From: Tubiluchus corallicola
Lineage: Eukaryota > Animalia > Priapulida
Direction of reading: 5' to 3'
Length of the DNA: 64,000 bases
Assembly: GCA_030141605.1 (NCBI GenBank)
Contig: JAQGDQ010000181.1
Location: 273,124 to 337,123 of the forward strand
Under the pieces are notes generated by a model, which was not told where the DNA came from, did not search any database, and saw only the letters and a program-made list of their open reading frames with translations. Both the position numbers and the translations under genes were made by a program. Shown piece by piece: positions 13,401-26,913 of this stretch; within the stretch, counting starts at the first letter, position 1; each line of letters starts with the position of its first letter.

Positions 13401-16400
13401 CAAAATGGAAGCGCCCAAGCATGAACTGATCATGACTTAAAAGAGATTTTACCAATTATGCAAACCCTTACAATTTTATTACTAAATCCTGCTAACATCT
13501 TTGATATAAGCCTAACTTTGTAAAAGGCTTGGCATTCTATTAAGTCACTCCACGTATTCTCAGCACTCTACGTGGAATACCTTGTATTTCACTTTTGAAA
13601 ATCACAGATCCCACCAGCAGTAGCAATTGTCACAAATAAAGACACGAGGTATGTCTGCTTGTCTATAAAGAACAACAACAAATCTTCATGACTTTGATAG
13701 CAGCAATTTAATAATCACCGTTAATATTCTTTCAATAATGAAAATGAATGATAAATCAGATAAAACTAGTAAGAACTCGACACAATTTTATATGTGATAA
13801 TAAGTAGAAGATAACATTGTATATCAAACAGAAAGAAAATGCTCATTACTTGTTTGGGTGAACGTCAATATCATTGACAGAAGATGCGTATTCCCTGCGC
13901 ACAATCTCTTTCGCTGTTTCACTTTTGCCCATCACAACCACAGCAGCAGTAGCAGTTGTCACAATAAAGTCACGAGGAACAAACTCAAAACTCTGATGTA
14001 GGCCAAGCATGTCTGTTAGTCTATGAAGTAAAATATACCAAGTGTATAGTAATGAACAATGGCCCACGATCGTTTCACATAATGTTCTGTCGAACCAATG
14101 GATTTGTATGCTTCGATCCTTTACTTTACAGGCAAATTCTTTTAAGTTTAGCATAGATGGCCACTGGAAACCACTTTGAAACTGCTAAACTGATAAATTC
14201 ACAGTGAACATTATTTCAACTTTATGATAAAAATAACATTACACATAGACAAAGTGAACCACTACAATTTGCTAAAAGCAGAGATGAATACGAAGTAACA
14301 GAATATGAAGTGGCACCAGTTTACAATACTCTGTCATGTGGCATCATGAGAAAATACATTTATAGTGTGATTTACTAACATCCTTTTACTGGCATTTTTA
14401 ATTTATTTGCACATATTTGTGTGTTTATACTTTACTAACCATGTATTCTGTACTTTTTGCTGTAATTTTATATTTTAGAAACTGTCGTTTTTTTATGTTT
14501 TCAATGGGCATATGAGCCTCTTGACTTCTACTCATAGTGCATTATAAATAAATAAAGTGCACTCATTATGATGCCCTTAGCAGAGGATGACTTAAAACTA
14601 CTGATATTTATTTATTTAGGTACTTAAATTTAAATGATTACTTTCTTAATGCATCCTTCTAATTTTTTATATTACTTCATATTTTCTTTTTTAAATACAC
14701 ATAGTTTGTTTTTCATAGTCTACTCATAACAAGAGTATTAGCCATAGATGCAAAGCACAATTCTCTAACATAAATGAGAGTACAAAAAGCTTCTGAAAAC
14801 TAACAAAAATCTCTATAGACAAATTAATTTTGCAGCACAGCCAACGGGTTTTGCTTGTGAGTATAGAAGAATTAAGAAAATAATTAAAACAAGAAAATAA
14901 TTAAACTCTCCCTCACGACAAACTTACACTGGTGGCTGATAAGCAGAAAACGAAATCGCCGCTATGGGGCCCAGTTTAATATCCTGATACCTAAAAAAAT
15001 TCAGTACAATTATTAAACTAATACGGTTATATACGTCATAATAAAGGCCCACATTGTTTTCTCATTCTATTACCAAAATTATTAACTACAAAAAATTACC
15101 AAAACAGTCTTCTCAACAAATATACCACTGCACTGGCTGCACTCTTACAAAATTTAATTTTTTTTCAAGTCTAGTTATGGTCAAAAAGCTATTATAAAAG
15201 AACTAAGGCTTCTGAGTTTCTACGGACAGGTACACTACAAAAAAGTAATTACTACACTACTAAAAAAACATTTGAATGTAAAGAAATATCTTACCAGGCT
15301 AGGAGTTTAAATTGCAAGTCGTAGAACTTGATATGGCCATCACTACCACCAATGACAACATAAGAATCGCTGATGCAAAGAACAGGAATACTTGCCTTTT
15401 GCAGATTCAACAGTTTCTTTGCTTTCCAATCTGACACACCCTTTTCAGTAGCTGCTAAATTGGGATATAAGCAAAACAAAAGCATGGGTAAAAAAAACAA
15501 GTAAAATAATGACAGACATTGAATATTTTTTAAGTCCACTACACGAAGCCTTAAACAGTTCTTGCTTGCAGTCCACAGGACATAGTAATTGATGGTGAGA
15601 AACTCTCTAAGCAAATTTTCAGCGAAAAAAAAATTGGTCTTAAGTATAGGAACAGTTGCTTGTAATTACAGCACTTTTTACTGCTTTTACATATGTGTAA
15701 TAATTCTTACAATCTTCATTAAGTCCCCAAACGATGAGGTTGCCATGGCTAGTAGCAGTGAGAGCCGTACCATGATCTGGATGGAATGCAGACTGGGTAA
15801 ATTTACCCACTATCTTACCAAATTGATCGTCAGTTATAGAAGGTGCAGTATATTGTATCTCGGCAGCTTCATCCTAAATAAAAACAGATCTATATTTACA
15901 TGAGTTAGTAATGTTGCATTTAAACACATTTATCCTTGTAGCTGTAGAAGAAGAAACAAATTGGTGATTAACGTTAAAATGTTCCCCTAATTGATTTCCG
16001 TTATTCATGTTATGTTTTATAAATTAAACTTCATTTAGAGATCATATATTATTATTTTAAATCTATTTCATACATTCCAAATTACATAACATTATATAAA
16101 GATTAAAACACACAGCTATACTGTAAAATTACAATAGAAACTAGTAAAATATTTACATACAATTTATATACAAACATATGCACTCATGCACAAGACATAA
16201 ATACATGAGACAGATTATTAAAAAATACAATGCGCAGAGGCATAAAACCAAAAAAAAAGTTATATTTAAAACGATAAAGGATGTTCATCACATAGTGCAA
16301 AACATAGTTTGTATCAATTCTTCCATATAACTGTATTGTGATATGCAGTATAAACATACAATTTATCAAATACATCATTAAGTAGTTCTACCAGTCCATA

Positions 16401-19400
16401 TATAAAAGATCCTGTTATCTTTCTTGTAATAACATCATAGTTAGGAATATTAAAATTTATAAATATTTCACTTTTACTACATCTTCCGAAAAAGTTGAAG
16501 AGCCTACGAAATGCGTTTTGTGAGCCACCGTTAAGAAAGTTGTATTAAAGCTGTATTGGAAAAAGTTGCACCATAGGGAATGCATAAAATTGACATGCAT
16601 ACTTTTTGAACATCATTATTTTCGTACTTACACAACATTTAGAGAACTTAACTAATAAATTATTTGTATTTGCCCTTACATAAAGACCTTTTAATTGCAC
16701 TTTCACAGCCTCATCAGCACATAAATCAGAACTGAATACATAATGTAAATAATCGTAAGAATTACAATATTCAAAAGGAGAACCATTAAGCCAAAATGTG
16801 GGCCAAATCCAGGGTTTGCAGAATTTACCATTTATAAGCATGCATTTCGTCTTGGTACAACCTGAACATGATAACACGAGAATTAGAAAAAATTGCAAAG
16901 CAGCGATTAGTAATTGCAGAACAGCACCACATGGTGTAAGGAGTACCATTGCATCAGCATAAAATAAATGATTTGTACTGAGATTACCAATCTCACAGTC
17001 ACTATCCAAATGCATAAACTTAGAACTGAGGTCGTCTACATATACACTAAATAACTAGGAGACAGCAACACTATTTGTTACAGTAAAAACTTCTGACAGT
17101 TTATTAACCCAAACCACCTGAACAGTTTGGTTTAGATACCAGTTTTGGAGAAAACGTAATAGCAACCGTGGCATTCCACGCTGCACGAGTTTGCCGAGGT
17201 CACATGTCCTCAGACTAATAGTAGAGTATTCATTATTAGCATTGTAGTATTACTAAGTAGAAAAATAAAAATCACTATTGTGGAAGGATATAAGACATAT
17301 AAGATATACAACCTGCTTTAGTTATATTAAACACCACTATAGGGGCTTGTCACCTATGAGAAATATGGTTTTCCATCCACACATGCAGACACATTATAGC
17401 ACCAAAATTTATATATTTTAAACTCCAAGGTAGTATGATTATAAACTGTATCATAATACTCTACTAGCAGTATTAAAGTGACAAGAAAAGAAAAGAAGGA
17501 ACGGAATAGGAAAGCAATGACAATGAAAGTAGCAACTAACAAACAAAATAGCATTAACAAATTTATCTAGACTTCAATGCAAACGCACCCAAGTGTAGAA
17601 TACAGCTGTAGAGTCGCTGTTTGTTACAAATCGAGTAAAATCCTCAGGATGGAACAGTAAAAATGTCTAAAAAAAAATAAAAAGTACATATATATATCAA
17701 ATTATCCACAATCAAAAAGTCACCATTTAATACAATTGCATTTATGTATTACGTTATATTACTGGCAAAGAAATGATGAAAACAAATGAAACAGTGTACA
17801 GAAAGCAGATTATAAGCAAATATTATAAACCCTGTGCAATTCATATTTAAGCCTCCAGGCCTCTATCAAAAGTGCAAAAAATGCATGATAAAAAGACAGT
17901 TCTATTCAGTTTGTAGAATCAATTGTATTTTATACGGTGCAACTAAGTTTTTTGCGATAAAATTTGCTAATCATTATTAAAACCTCAGTCTCTTCGCCTT
18001 ACCCCAGCAAATCAAACCTATGCAATGCACTAAGTCTTAAAAACACTACAGACAATACCTGCAAACCATACTCTGACGGCAATTCTGTAGTAGCTGCCGG
18101 CTGACTGTTATCCCCTGTCCAGTCCCAAATAGCCACTACTTGCGGAAGCGATGCACTAAGTGTCGCCAGGTATTTGCTATTTGAAGTCAATGACATGGAA
18201 CCAGTTCCTATGGAACCATGTGGTTCAGGTAAAGATGTCACTGCTGCACTAGTTGTAATAAATAATAATTGCTGTAAGATATAATTTATTCTTTTAAGAA
18301 TATAATTCAATTATATAAATATTTTTACTTAGTTGTTTACTTTTATTATTTATTGCTTTTACAGATAGTTTCTAAGCTTGATAGATATTTTATTTGAAAA
18401 GTGTTCACTTCCATCATCAATACGGAATTAGCGGCAATGATAGTGCCAAATTTCTGTACAACAGCATATTTGAATGGCAACACTTAAGGAGAGCGAAAAG
18501 GAATCTTTTTTTGACTAATCATGTGATTCATTCATTTACACTTCCCGTCCAGAGACAGGCACTGCTTATACTTTGGACTCACATAAAGGCTGATTGTAAC
18601 GAAGCTATATAGTAAGTGTTTTTCACAGGTTTATCATTGTTACACTGTTGCAGGAACTACAAAATGAATTAAGCTGCAACTTCTTGCAAGAATATATAGT
18701 TTATAATGTAAATGTAGCATAGTAGTATGGGTGTATAAATGAAAATTTGTACTAAGAAACTTTCAAAAAGTACTTTTTGAAAAATAAACTTATATTCTTA
18801 TGTGCTGCACATAAATTCTTCACGAAAGGTTCTGTAAGCGTCACTCTCTATACATTTTCTCACAGGCAAAACAACCAACTTACCAAATATTATTGATGCA
18901 GACATAACTGAAACATAATAATCAATGTATTGAACTGCACATACCCAGTATATGTGTTCCACACAATGATAGACGATTCTTTTCCAGCATCTGCAGTTAC
19001 TAACCATCTCTTGTCAGAACTGATACATGTACAGACAATGTTGTGCCTCTATAAAACAAAAATGTTAAACTGATATCAGTTGGCTTGTCTTCACATTTGC
19101 TAGTCAAATTAGTTTCTAATATCATTTAGTATAAATGTACTTACATGCCCTTGTAGCAAAATTTGGTTATTATCAGCATAGGCAAATATAACAGCCGTGT
19201 TTGACGAAACATAGGCAACTGCATTGCCGTCAGTTTCCGTGGCGAGAGTGAAAACTGGAATTCGTGCATTTAGTCCAAATACCCATTGCAAACTCTGAAA
19301 AACGTCGCACAATTATTTTCCAAAATCAATAATATTAATCACTGTTTATCCTAGAAAAAGGAATAGGAGGTTCTCAAAACTTTCGAAATCTAACAGACAG

Positions 19401-21129
19401 TGGGCAAATTTTGTGGCTTGTTCTTATCGGTAATCTTTGGAAGTTTCCCAGACCTCATCATTAAAAACTAGGATGATATGATATACTATAAGAAAAAGAT
19501 TACAGTACTGAACCGGACACTAGCTATTGTAGCCTAAAGAGATCTATGCAACTAAATTTCCTTAGAAGTATTAATTCTTAAATAAAAACAATAAAATAGA
19601 AATTTATTGCAGCGGAGCGAACAAGGCACCTGAAACAGTATGTAATTAATTGGCTGACTAACTAAGGCAAATAGTTAACAATTAACAACGTGGTGCTTTC
19701 ACTTTATTGAAGGATATTCCTTTTATTCATGGCAACATCATCTTATTAAAATGGAAGACACGTAATGTGGTGTTGTGTTGTTGTGTTGTGGTATGGTGTG
19801 GGTGGTATGGTGTAGCATTGTGGTGTGACGTGGGAGGTATCGTGTGGTGTGGGTGGTGTATTATGAGTGGGGTGGTGGATGGTTGTGTGGTGTGGTGTGG
19901 GTTGTTGTTGTGAGTTTATGCGCAAAATTCTTTTGCGGGGTTTGGCTAATTATTTTTATTATTATTATTATTGATTTAAAATTCTACTATAAACACCTAA
20001 TTGTTGTGGAAAATTTCAGAAGCTTCACCAATAAAAAGTTGAGCTAACAGAAAACAACTTTAGTGAAAAAAATACAAAATTGATCGACATTGATCGACAA
20101 GGTGAAATCACTTACAAAAATTGATTCTGAGACCTCCTCACCCGTCTCCACTGAAACGCTTTCAGATGGAATTTTGTCTGGTAATGGTGGAGGACTCGGA
20201 ATTTTAAATTCCTTGTCGTAGATATACGAACTACTACTTGATAGTGACGCGGAGGTGCTACCTATCTGATTTGCACCAAGTAAAGAATCCTGAGGAAGTA
20301 GCGAAGATGATGTTGATGATCTTGTTTGTGATGCAAAACTTGTGGCAGATCTTCCGAATTTTGTTCTTGATGAAGAACTACTTTTCCTTGATTCGGATAC
20401 TGTGAACTCTACCTCCATTGCTTCGGCTACAGAAACAGTCGTTTCATCTGCTTGTCTAGCTTGAGAAGGTACGTCAGTCGTTTCATCTGCTTGTCTAGCT
20501 TCAGAAGGTACGTCAGTCGTTTCATCTGCTTGTCTAGCTTCAGAAGGTACATCAGTCATTTCATCTGCTTGTCTAGGTTCAGAGGGTGCATCAGTCATTT
20601 TATCTGCTTGTCTAGCTTCAGCGGTTAAGGTGATACCACATTCTGGATCAAACTTAACTTCTTTCTTAGTGTCACTAGCATTATCTTTTGCTCGTGGTAA
20701 CTCAGAAGCAGAACCAGCATCCAGAGTTGTTAGTTCGTCATCTCTTTCTCTTGCTCCTGTAGGTACAGCTTGTTGTTCTAAAGTAGAGAACAAAGCAACC
20801 TCAGCTTGCTTTTTCTCTGATTCTGGATTACTTATTTGATTTTCTGTTTCTTGGTCATCACTAATTGTCTTTGCCATTGCCAAGCTAGATTCAGCACCTG
20901 TTTGTTTGCTCGCTTCTTCTGCTGTTGCAGCAGATTCCAATATTTCATTTGCAACTGGCATAGAGTCCTGGTCACCTTGGCTGCTATGTAAGCCTTCTCT
21001 CTCAGGTACAGGTTCGCCAGGAGGCTCAGTTGAATGTTGAACTTCTTTGTCATGTATGCCCTCAGTTTCAGAATCATGGACTGACGTACATGATCTCTTC
21101 TCTCCGACTTCTGGTGCCTCATCTGACAT
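1446..21129 (-). CDS. CFAP251: Cilia- and flagella-associated protein 251 (WDR66), WD40-repeat protein; 3' end continues beyond the left window edge
   Basis: Phase-compatible GT-AG exons (minus): 20116-21129, 19145-19294, 18945-19048, 18059-18248, 17589-17666, 15711-15873, 15295-15454, 14928-14990, 13850-14020, 12267-12406, 11531-11670, 9701-9874, 8419-8562, 7405-7487, 5928-6069, 5708-5799, 4141-4269, 1446-1551. Peptides [74 protein letters not shown] and [16 protein letters not shown] match WDR66 as I recall it. Long acidic N-terminal exon. Confidence 0.9.
1952..3110 (+). mobile_element. ~1.1-kb non-autonomous DNA transposon-like element, copy A
   Basis: Co-linear reverse-complement match to 4575-5670 throughout (e.g. 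cacagtcaaaattaattcaaatgtggtcaaaac vs gttttgaccacatttgaattaattttgactgtg). Degenerate short TIR around TGACGT at both ends. No coding capacity. Confidence 0.8.
3387..3543. mobile_element. Short TIR element (MITE) with telomere-like (CCCTAA) core
   Basis: TIR agtttacaattccccacacaa / ttgtctgtggaaattgtaaact encloses degenerate accctaaccctaacc repeats; related copy at ~45572-45672. Confidence 0.7.
4575..5670 (-). mobile_element. ~1.1-kb non-autonomous DNA transposon-like element, copy B (inverted relative to copy A)
   Basis: Inverted homologue of 1952-3110. Its own termini carry the inverted motif acaattgacgtc (~4583) / gacgtcaattgt (~5646). Confidence 0.8.
8602..9121. mobile_element. TTAA-flanked non-autonomous DNA transposon (Kolobok-like)
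   Basis: ttaa-aggaaaggctaag ... cttgtcctttcct-ttaa: TIR beginning AGG with a TTAA target duplication. Confidence 0.65.
16480..17200 (-). mobile_element. Degenerate non-LTR retrotransposon reverse transcriptase fragment in a CFAP251 intron
   Basis: ORF 16545-17015 contains [12 protein letters not shown] (degenerate YADD), KTKCML and Y.YL. Upstream frames give LLSPS..YVDDLS and LLRFLQNWY; frameshifted. Confidence 0.8.
19764..19912. repeat. Degenerate (GTGTG)n repeat
   Basis: gtggtgttgtgttgttgtgttgtggtatggtgtggg... Confidence 0.8.
20437..20621 (-). repeat. Coding tandem repeat, 39-nt unit ([13 protein letters not shown]), about 4.5 copies
   Basis: gtcgtttcatctgcttgtctagcttcagaaggtacgtca repeated; visible in the 361-aa ORF translation. 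Confidence 0.92.
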
Positions 21130-22820
21130 TGCTAGTTTCTTGCCAGTTTCTTCTTTCTTAGATATAATTAATTAATCATGGAAACAAGTATGGTTTCATC
21201 CTTAGTTAAGGTTTATATGTAACTTGAGTCCAGTTTTCGGACACTGCAAGAAAAAAGTGGTGCATACTGAATCTGATCTTTTAAGAATAAATTAAACGTG
21301 TACATTTAAATTAATATGTATTTATGTATTTACAAAGTTTACCTATATTATGTATATTATATTATTTATTACAAGAAATGTAGTTACTTGCAAGACAAAA
21401 ATTAATAAGACTTGGCTCATATGGAAAAACTTAGGACATTTAATCCTAACATTAGCATTTGTTGTGATGGCTCTACTTTTTTTCTGATAACATTTCCTTG
21501 CAACACTATAGACCATTACCAACATCACGTCTCCATCATTTTTGAACTTCGTTCTTTATGTAGGTTATTTTCTCAAAAAATTTCAAGTCCAGCATCAATA
21601 ACATATTTTTAAAAATGTCATGTAGATTTTTAACACTAGCAATTTCTGTTTAGCAGATTTTTCTGTTTAATGCTCCTGAGAAATATTTCTAGTGTTGTTT
21701 TTTCTGAAAACGTACACTCGTATCTCAGTTTGCAGGGCCTCGCTTTTAGAGATATCAAAAAAATTGGACAAAACCTGGAACGTTAAAAGTCCTGCATACT
21801 ACTACCACAGTCCGTTGCTTCATGAGCTGACCGCTAGTTGGTGGGCCATCACTTTGTTTACATCATTATATCAGTGCAACCAAGCAGCATGTAATGACAC
21901 GTGTGTAACTTGTATGTCAGGAGGGGCCTGTACTAGACATTTTTGAGACAATTAGGCGATTGATTCTACATTATCGTGAGTCTAATACACAATGCCTACT
22001 GTATTAGCTTAGTATCGGTAAACACGGACAATCCGCAAATTCCAACCGATGTCTCCCCGCTTTTGTGTGGCAAACCGAGATATGAATGTAAATGCAAATG
22101 ACGTGAACAAGCAATAATTAACCCAGCTATGTAAAAAGAAAGACTTTTAACACAGGAATTCCTTCTCTACTAGTAAACTGCTGGTAATTAGCAAGTGTGT
22201 AGCCATGATCATCGCTGTCTGCCTCTGACTGCTTAGTACTAGTAGGGCAAATTACCATTACCATATGGTTTCTGCTGACAGGGCTTCTTCACAGAATGCA
22301 AGTACAGTAAATAAAATTTCGGCATTTAAATGTTGAGAAAAATCGTCACTGAAGACAAGGCATCTTTACGCGAGGTGTCGTTAAACCAGTACTTACCATA
22401 TGTGCAGCGCAAATACTACCAATAGGCAATAGTCAAACACTCAAACAGAATAAAAAATCAGAATAAAAAACAAAATAAAAAATGTTTATTGCATAAACAT
22501 TTATAACAACTGCTTTTTAAATTTTGCATTTTTCCACTAAATGCGAGAAGAAATACTGCCTGCGTTAAAACTTTCCTTAGCCTTAGGAGATTTATTCTAA
22601 TTTCTATGAAACGTGTCAATCTACTTTTCTTGAAAATACCTTATCCAAAGAAATCGTTAAACTCCATGTTTCACTATTGTACATTAATATGCTGGTAGCG
22701 TATGCATTAAATAACACGTTAACACTTAATTTCTTATTAGTTAATACACTTTTGCGCTAAAGAAAAGCATGCATTTCATTACCATTTCCACGAAGCCACG
22801 ACATTCTCAGCGCTTTACGC

Positions 22821-22834
22821 GTTTCCATGGGAGC
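22821..22834. promoter_or_regulatory. Candidate RFX X-box upstream of CFAP251
   Basis: gtttccatgggagc is an imperfect match to GTTNCCATGGNAAC. It lies in a CpG-richer patch upstream of a likely 5'UTR donor (acttacc ~22391). Ciliary genes are typically RFX targets. Confidence 0.35.
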
Positions 22835-23199
22835 CAATGCCTTATCATGTGCTGCCATCGCACGGCCACAATATTCAATATTAGATTCGACTCTATGTTT
22901 CAGTTAGATTACTGAAAATAATTACCATGCGTTTTATTCCCGTTACCGTTACTAGTTAGCAACTTTGTGCATTGCGAAAAGCAATTATAATCGCAATTTT
23001 AAAAATTGAACATGCCAAGACAATAGTTAAAAGCCAAGTCCTCTAGGTGGAATATGCTTGCACTTTGCAGTGTCACAAACAAATACTCAACATTATTAAT
23101 AAAGTATCGATTCACAGTTCAGTTGTGAATTAATAAACATTGTCAGATGGACAGGTAGTCAGCTCGTTGTTTCTGCCGTGCCCAATGAATGGAATGTCA

Positions 23200-23760
23200 A
23201 ATAGGCATAAAATAAATGTCACCATGCGAGACATGTAACTTAACAAACCATTTATAACCATTATTATTTTGGCTAAATTTCCAGTTCGACAGCTCTTCTC
23301 TTTCTTGCTTACATTTCTATTTCAAACTATTCTGGCAACTCTTTTGCTATTTTGTGGCTCTTCTGGTTCAATCAGATTTTGAAAATTTACTTCTCTGGTT
23401 GGTAGCGCATTTCTTATCACCATACATTTGAATAGGTGACCTGTCATATTTTCTTCTTTACCACATAGCGGACACCATGGATATTCTTTCAAGTTACTCT
23501 AAAATTACATTTTAGTGCTAGCATATTAAGCTTCATTTCTAATACCCTTTTTTGCTCTTCTGGTATTAACTCAGTTATATAATGCTTGAACGGCTTTATC
23601 ATACTCATAGGTTAAGAGCCTTAACTTAGTTCTTGAGTATATCTCGTGATGTGCAGCATAGATGATAGTTGTGGTGGAACGCCTCCAGTTAGCTTAATAT
23701 CAATGCTATCATCATAATAGTTCTGTAAACATTGAACTAACAGAGATCACTTAGCCACAT
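23200..23760 (-). mobile_element. Degenerate LINE ORF2 3' fragment with CCHC-type knuckle
   Basis: Minus strand ~23425-23560 reads RVLEMKLNMLALKCNF (frameshift) then WCPLCGKEENMTGHLFKC, resembling the C-terminal Cys-His motif of non-LTR elements. Boundaries approximate. Confidence 0.5.
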
Positions 23761-24328
23761 GTGTGTAAACATACTTTTTAAGAGACTTTTCCTAGAGGTC
23801 GGTCACTAGGTACCCACCCATTAATAAACTAGGCTTGACTTAATTTCAGTTGCTAGGAACTTGACAACTCAACTGTTCTTATAATGCTTAACAGTAGGGG
23901 CTGAATTATTCGAATTTATAATGTTAGGTTCGAATCGAATTCAAACTAAAAAACCCGTTCAAATCGAATTCGAACGTTCGAACTTGAATCTTAGAGGCTG
24001 ACCCGTAGTGTCCATATGTGCGATGTCATCTACATGTATGTTAATTACTCTTGCATTAAATCTTATTGTTAAGTTAGATTAATTTTGGCCGTTATTGCAC
24101 TACACATTCTTGGACACCGTACAATCCTTGGCGCACTATTACATCCAGCTCTAACCGGCTAGTTTTTTATACTGCTGTTTCTATTACCGACCAACCTTTA
24201 ATGCTTGTTCGTTTCACAAGTCTTTCTTGTTTTACCATTCAGCTCAATAAATCTGAAATGAATTAAACTAACACGCGCCTGCGCTTTTTAGACAAGAATT
24301 CATTCTTCAAGTGTTGCAACGTGTCAAA

Positions 24329-25222
24329 ATGTCAACTGGTGGAAGTGAACAGCTTTTTGAGATAAAAAATTCTTTCTTTATTGGTAATTTTCAGCATTGT
24401 ATTAATGAAGCTCAAAAATTAAAATCATCAGATCCGTTAGTTCGCGCCGAAAGAGATGTTTACTTGTATAGAGCATATGTTGCACAGAGAAAATATGCTG
24501 TCGTGTTGGATGAAATTCACGCTAGTTCGGCTGCTGAGTTACAGGGCATTAGATTGTTTGCAAACTACTTAGCAAATGAAGCTCAAAGAGAGACCATATT
24601 AAAAGATTTAGAAAATCAGATGAGCAAAAGTTTAGATGTGACGAACAGCACTTTTCTTCTTATGGCTGCTTCCATTTACTACCACGAACACAACTTTGAA
24701 GCAGCATTACGCACCTTGCATCAGTCGGAAGCACTTGAGTGTATTGCCCTCACTATTCAAATTCTTCTCAAAATGAACCGACCAGATCTGGCAAAGAAGG
24801 AATTAAAAAGAATGCAGGATACTGATGATGATGCTACCTTGACACAGTTGTCACTTGCATGGTTTAATTTAACAGTTGGAGGTGAAAAGCTACAGGATGC
24901 TTTTTACATATTCCAAGAAATGTGTGATAAATACAGCTGCACTCCTCTTCTTCTAAACGGACAAGCTACATGTCTAATTCTGCAAGGAAAAGTGCAGGAT
25001 GCAGAAGGATTGCTCCAAGAGGCTCTGGATAAGGACAGTAATAATCCAGAAACTTTGATCAATATGATTGTGGTTTCACAGCACTTAGGAAAACCATTGG
25101 AAGTTAGCAGTCGATATATTAGCCAGCTAAAAGACGGACATGGTAATCATCCTTTTGTGCGAGATTATACAACAAGAGAGCGTGACTTTGATAGACTTGC
25201 AGCTCAGTATGCTCCTGCATAG
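24329..25222 (+). CDS. COPE: Coatomer subunit epsilon, single-exon CDS of 297 aa
   Basis: Uninterrupted ORF from ATG 24329: [77 protein letters not shown]; all characteristic of epsilon-COP. Confidence 0.96.
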   Translation: MSTGGSEQLFEIKNSFFIGNFQHCINEAQKLKSSDPLVRAERDVYLYRAYVAQRKYAVVLDEIHASSAAELQGIRLFANYLANEAQRETILKDLENQMSKSLDVTNSTFLLMAASIYYHEHNFEAALRTLHQSEALECIALTIQILLKMNRPDLAKKELKRMQDTDDDATLTQLSLAWFNLTVGGEKLQDAFYIFQEMCDKYSCTPLLLNGQATCLILQGKVQDAEGLLQEALDKDSNNPETLINMIVVSQHLGKPLEVSSRYISQLKDGHGNHPFVRDYTTRERDFDRLAAQYAPA

Positions 25223-26913
25223 AATGCAACTAAATAATTGTAGTTCAGATAGCAATATGGGTAACTGATTTCAAAGTATAATTTTGTCTGAAGCAATTTA
25301 TTTGTTTGGCATTTCTCTGCTTTTTTCTTATTTATTATAATTCAATAAGAAAGTTTACATTTTAAACGTAAACTTTTCTTAAATTTGTTTTCATTGGTTA
25401 GGTATTCATTTAATTGCTGCTATAAATCACCATTGATTATTTGTGGTTTAATGCTGTAAAGTTGAATGAGTATTTATGGCTTTATTTCTCGTCTTTTCCT
25501 ACTGAGTTAACGCAGTTTTCTTCAAAACTGTTTTTCTGGCACAGGCTGGTAGCCATCTTTTAAAATATGTCAAAAATAAAGTAAACATTTTTCATTCCGT
25601 TATCTGTGCTGCAGAACTGACGGTCCAGGAATTCACATTGTTGAATATTTAGCTGTGCTTCAAGCAGATATATGAAATGTTAAGCTGTCTCATCACTTTT
25701 ATAAATCCCAGAAAAAGGTACAGTTTTTTTGCACTAATGTATCAGATCATTATGTAACGGTAAGAACATTGGCCTTGATCAGCAATACAGCTTATTTTTA
25801 AAACAATTTCAAATTCCTTTGTTATGTTATACATACTTTTATTTTGGAGTCAGACTTATTCATTGCAAGTTGACTGCAAACAGAAACTTCTGGGCAACTT
25901 GTGTAGTGCTTTGTAACAATTAAATATCCGAACAGTCTGTTATGTTTGGATAGTTTGGATTCATCTTTTTGCAGAACTACGATAATCACTAAAACTTTGT
26001 AGGGTTTATCTGTTTTATATGATGAGAATCTTTGCATACACATTTTGGAACAGCAAAGATATATAAACAAAATAACAAAACAATGAATATATATTGCGAA
26101 CAGAATATCAGTTTCGTTGTTCTTTGTTATACTGAGATACACCGAGTTTGTAAATATTTAACATTGATTGTTATTGCAGTTGGAAGGTCAACGTTTCCTT
26201 TATAATTTTACTGAAATACTTCACATTTTAGTTAAAAATAAATGGTTGAAGACCGTTACTTGAGCAAATTCATTTTCAATACAATATCCAAATGAACAAA
26301 CATCTGTTATTTGAGCAAATTCACCTTCATAAGTAACGTTTAATTTTTAAAATTGTGCATTTTAAATTTTAGGTAGTACCCTTGTAAAATTGAAGGTTAT
26401 GCAATGTTCAAGCACATTCTAGCATACTCTGAACAGGTGTGGCATTAGCTTTTCTGAATGCACGATAGTTGTCATTCAGTTTACAGTCACAACTTGGAAG
26501 ATAACTAGATGCTAACCTGAAATTTTTGCAGATTAATTTAAAGAAATACATGCACAATATGAAAGAAAACGAACATAGAGTAACGTGAAAAATCGGCATG
26601 AAATTGAACATTCTTATAAGAAGTCTCACTTTTTGTGGGTCTTCACAACAAATAACCAATGCTTGAGGTATAATGCAGACTAGCAGTAAGAATGACACAT
26701 ACTTACTTACAGTGAATCACAACGCCATAAACAGTGCATTTACACCTTACTGAAATAACAGCTCTACACAACTGATCATAAATAGAGATAAACAAACAAT
26801 AACCGTACACTAATACTAGTGAAGTGCCAGACTAGCTAAAAATCACTCTACGGCTTGGTGCAATGTTTAGTGACTACACGGCAACTGATCAGTGAATGGC
26901 TCCAAATGGCCAT

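Noticed and set aside
20630-21122. Alternative-frame and antisense ORFs overlapping the large CFAP251 exon
   Set aside because: Shadow ORFs of a GC-richer coding exon, with no independent support.
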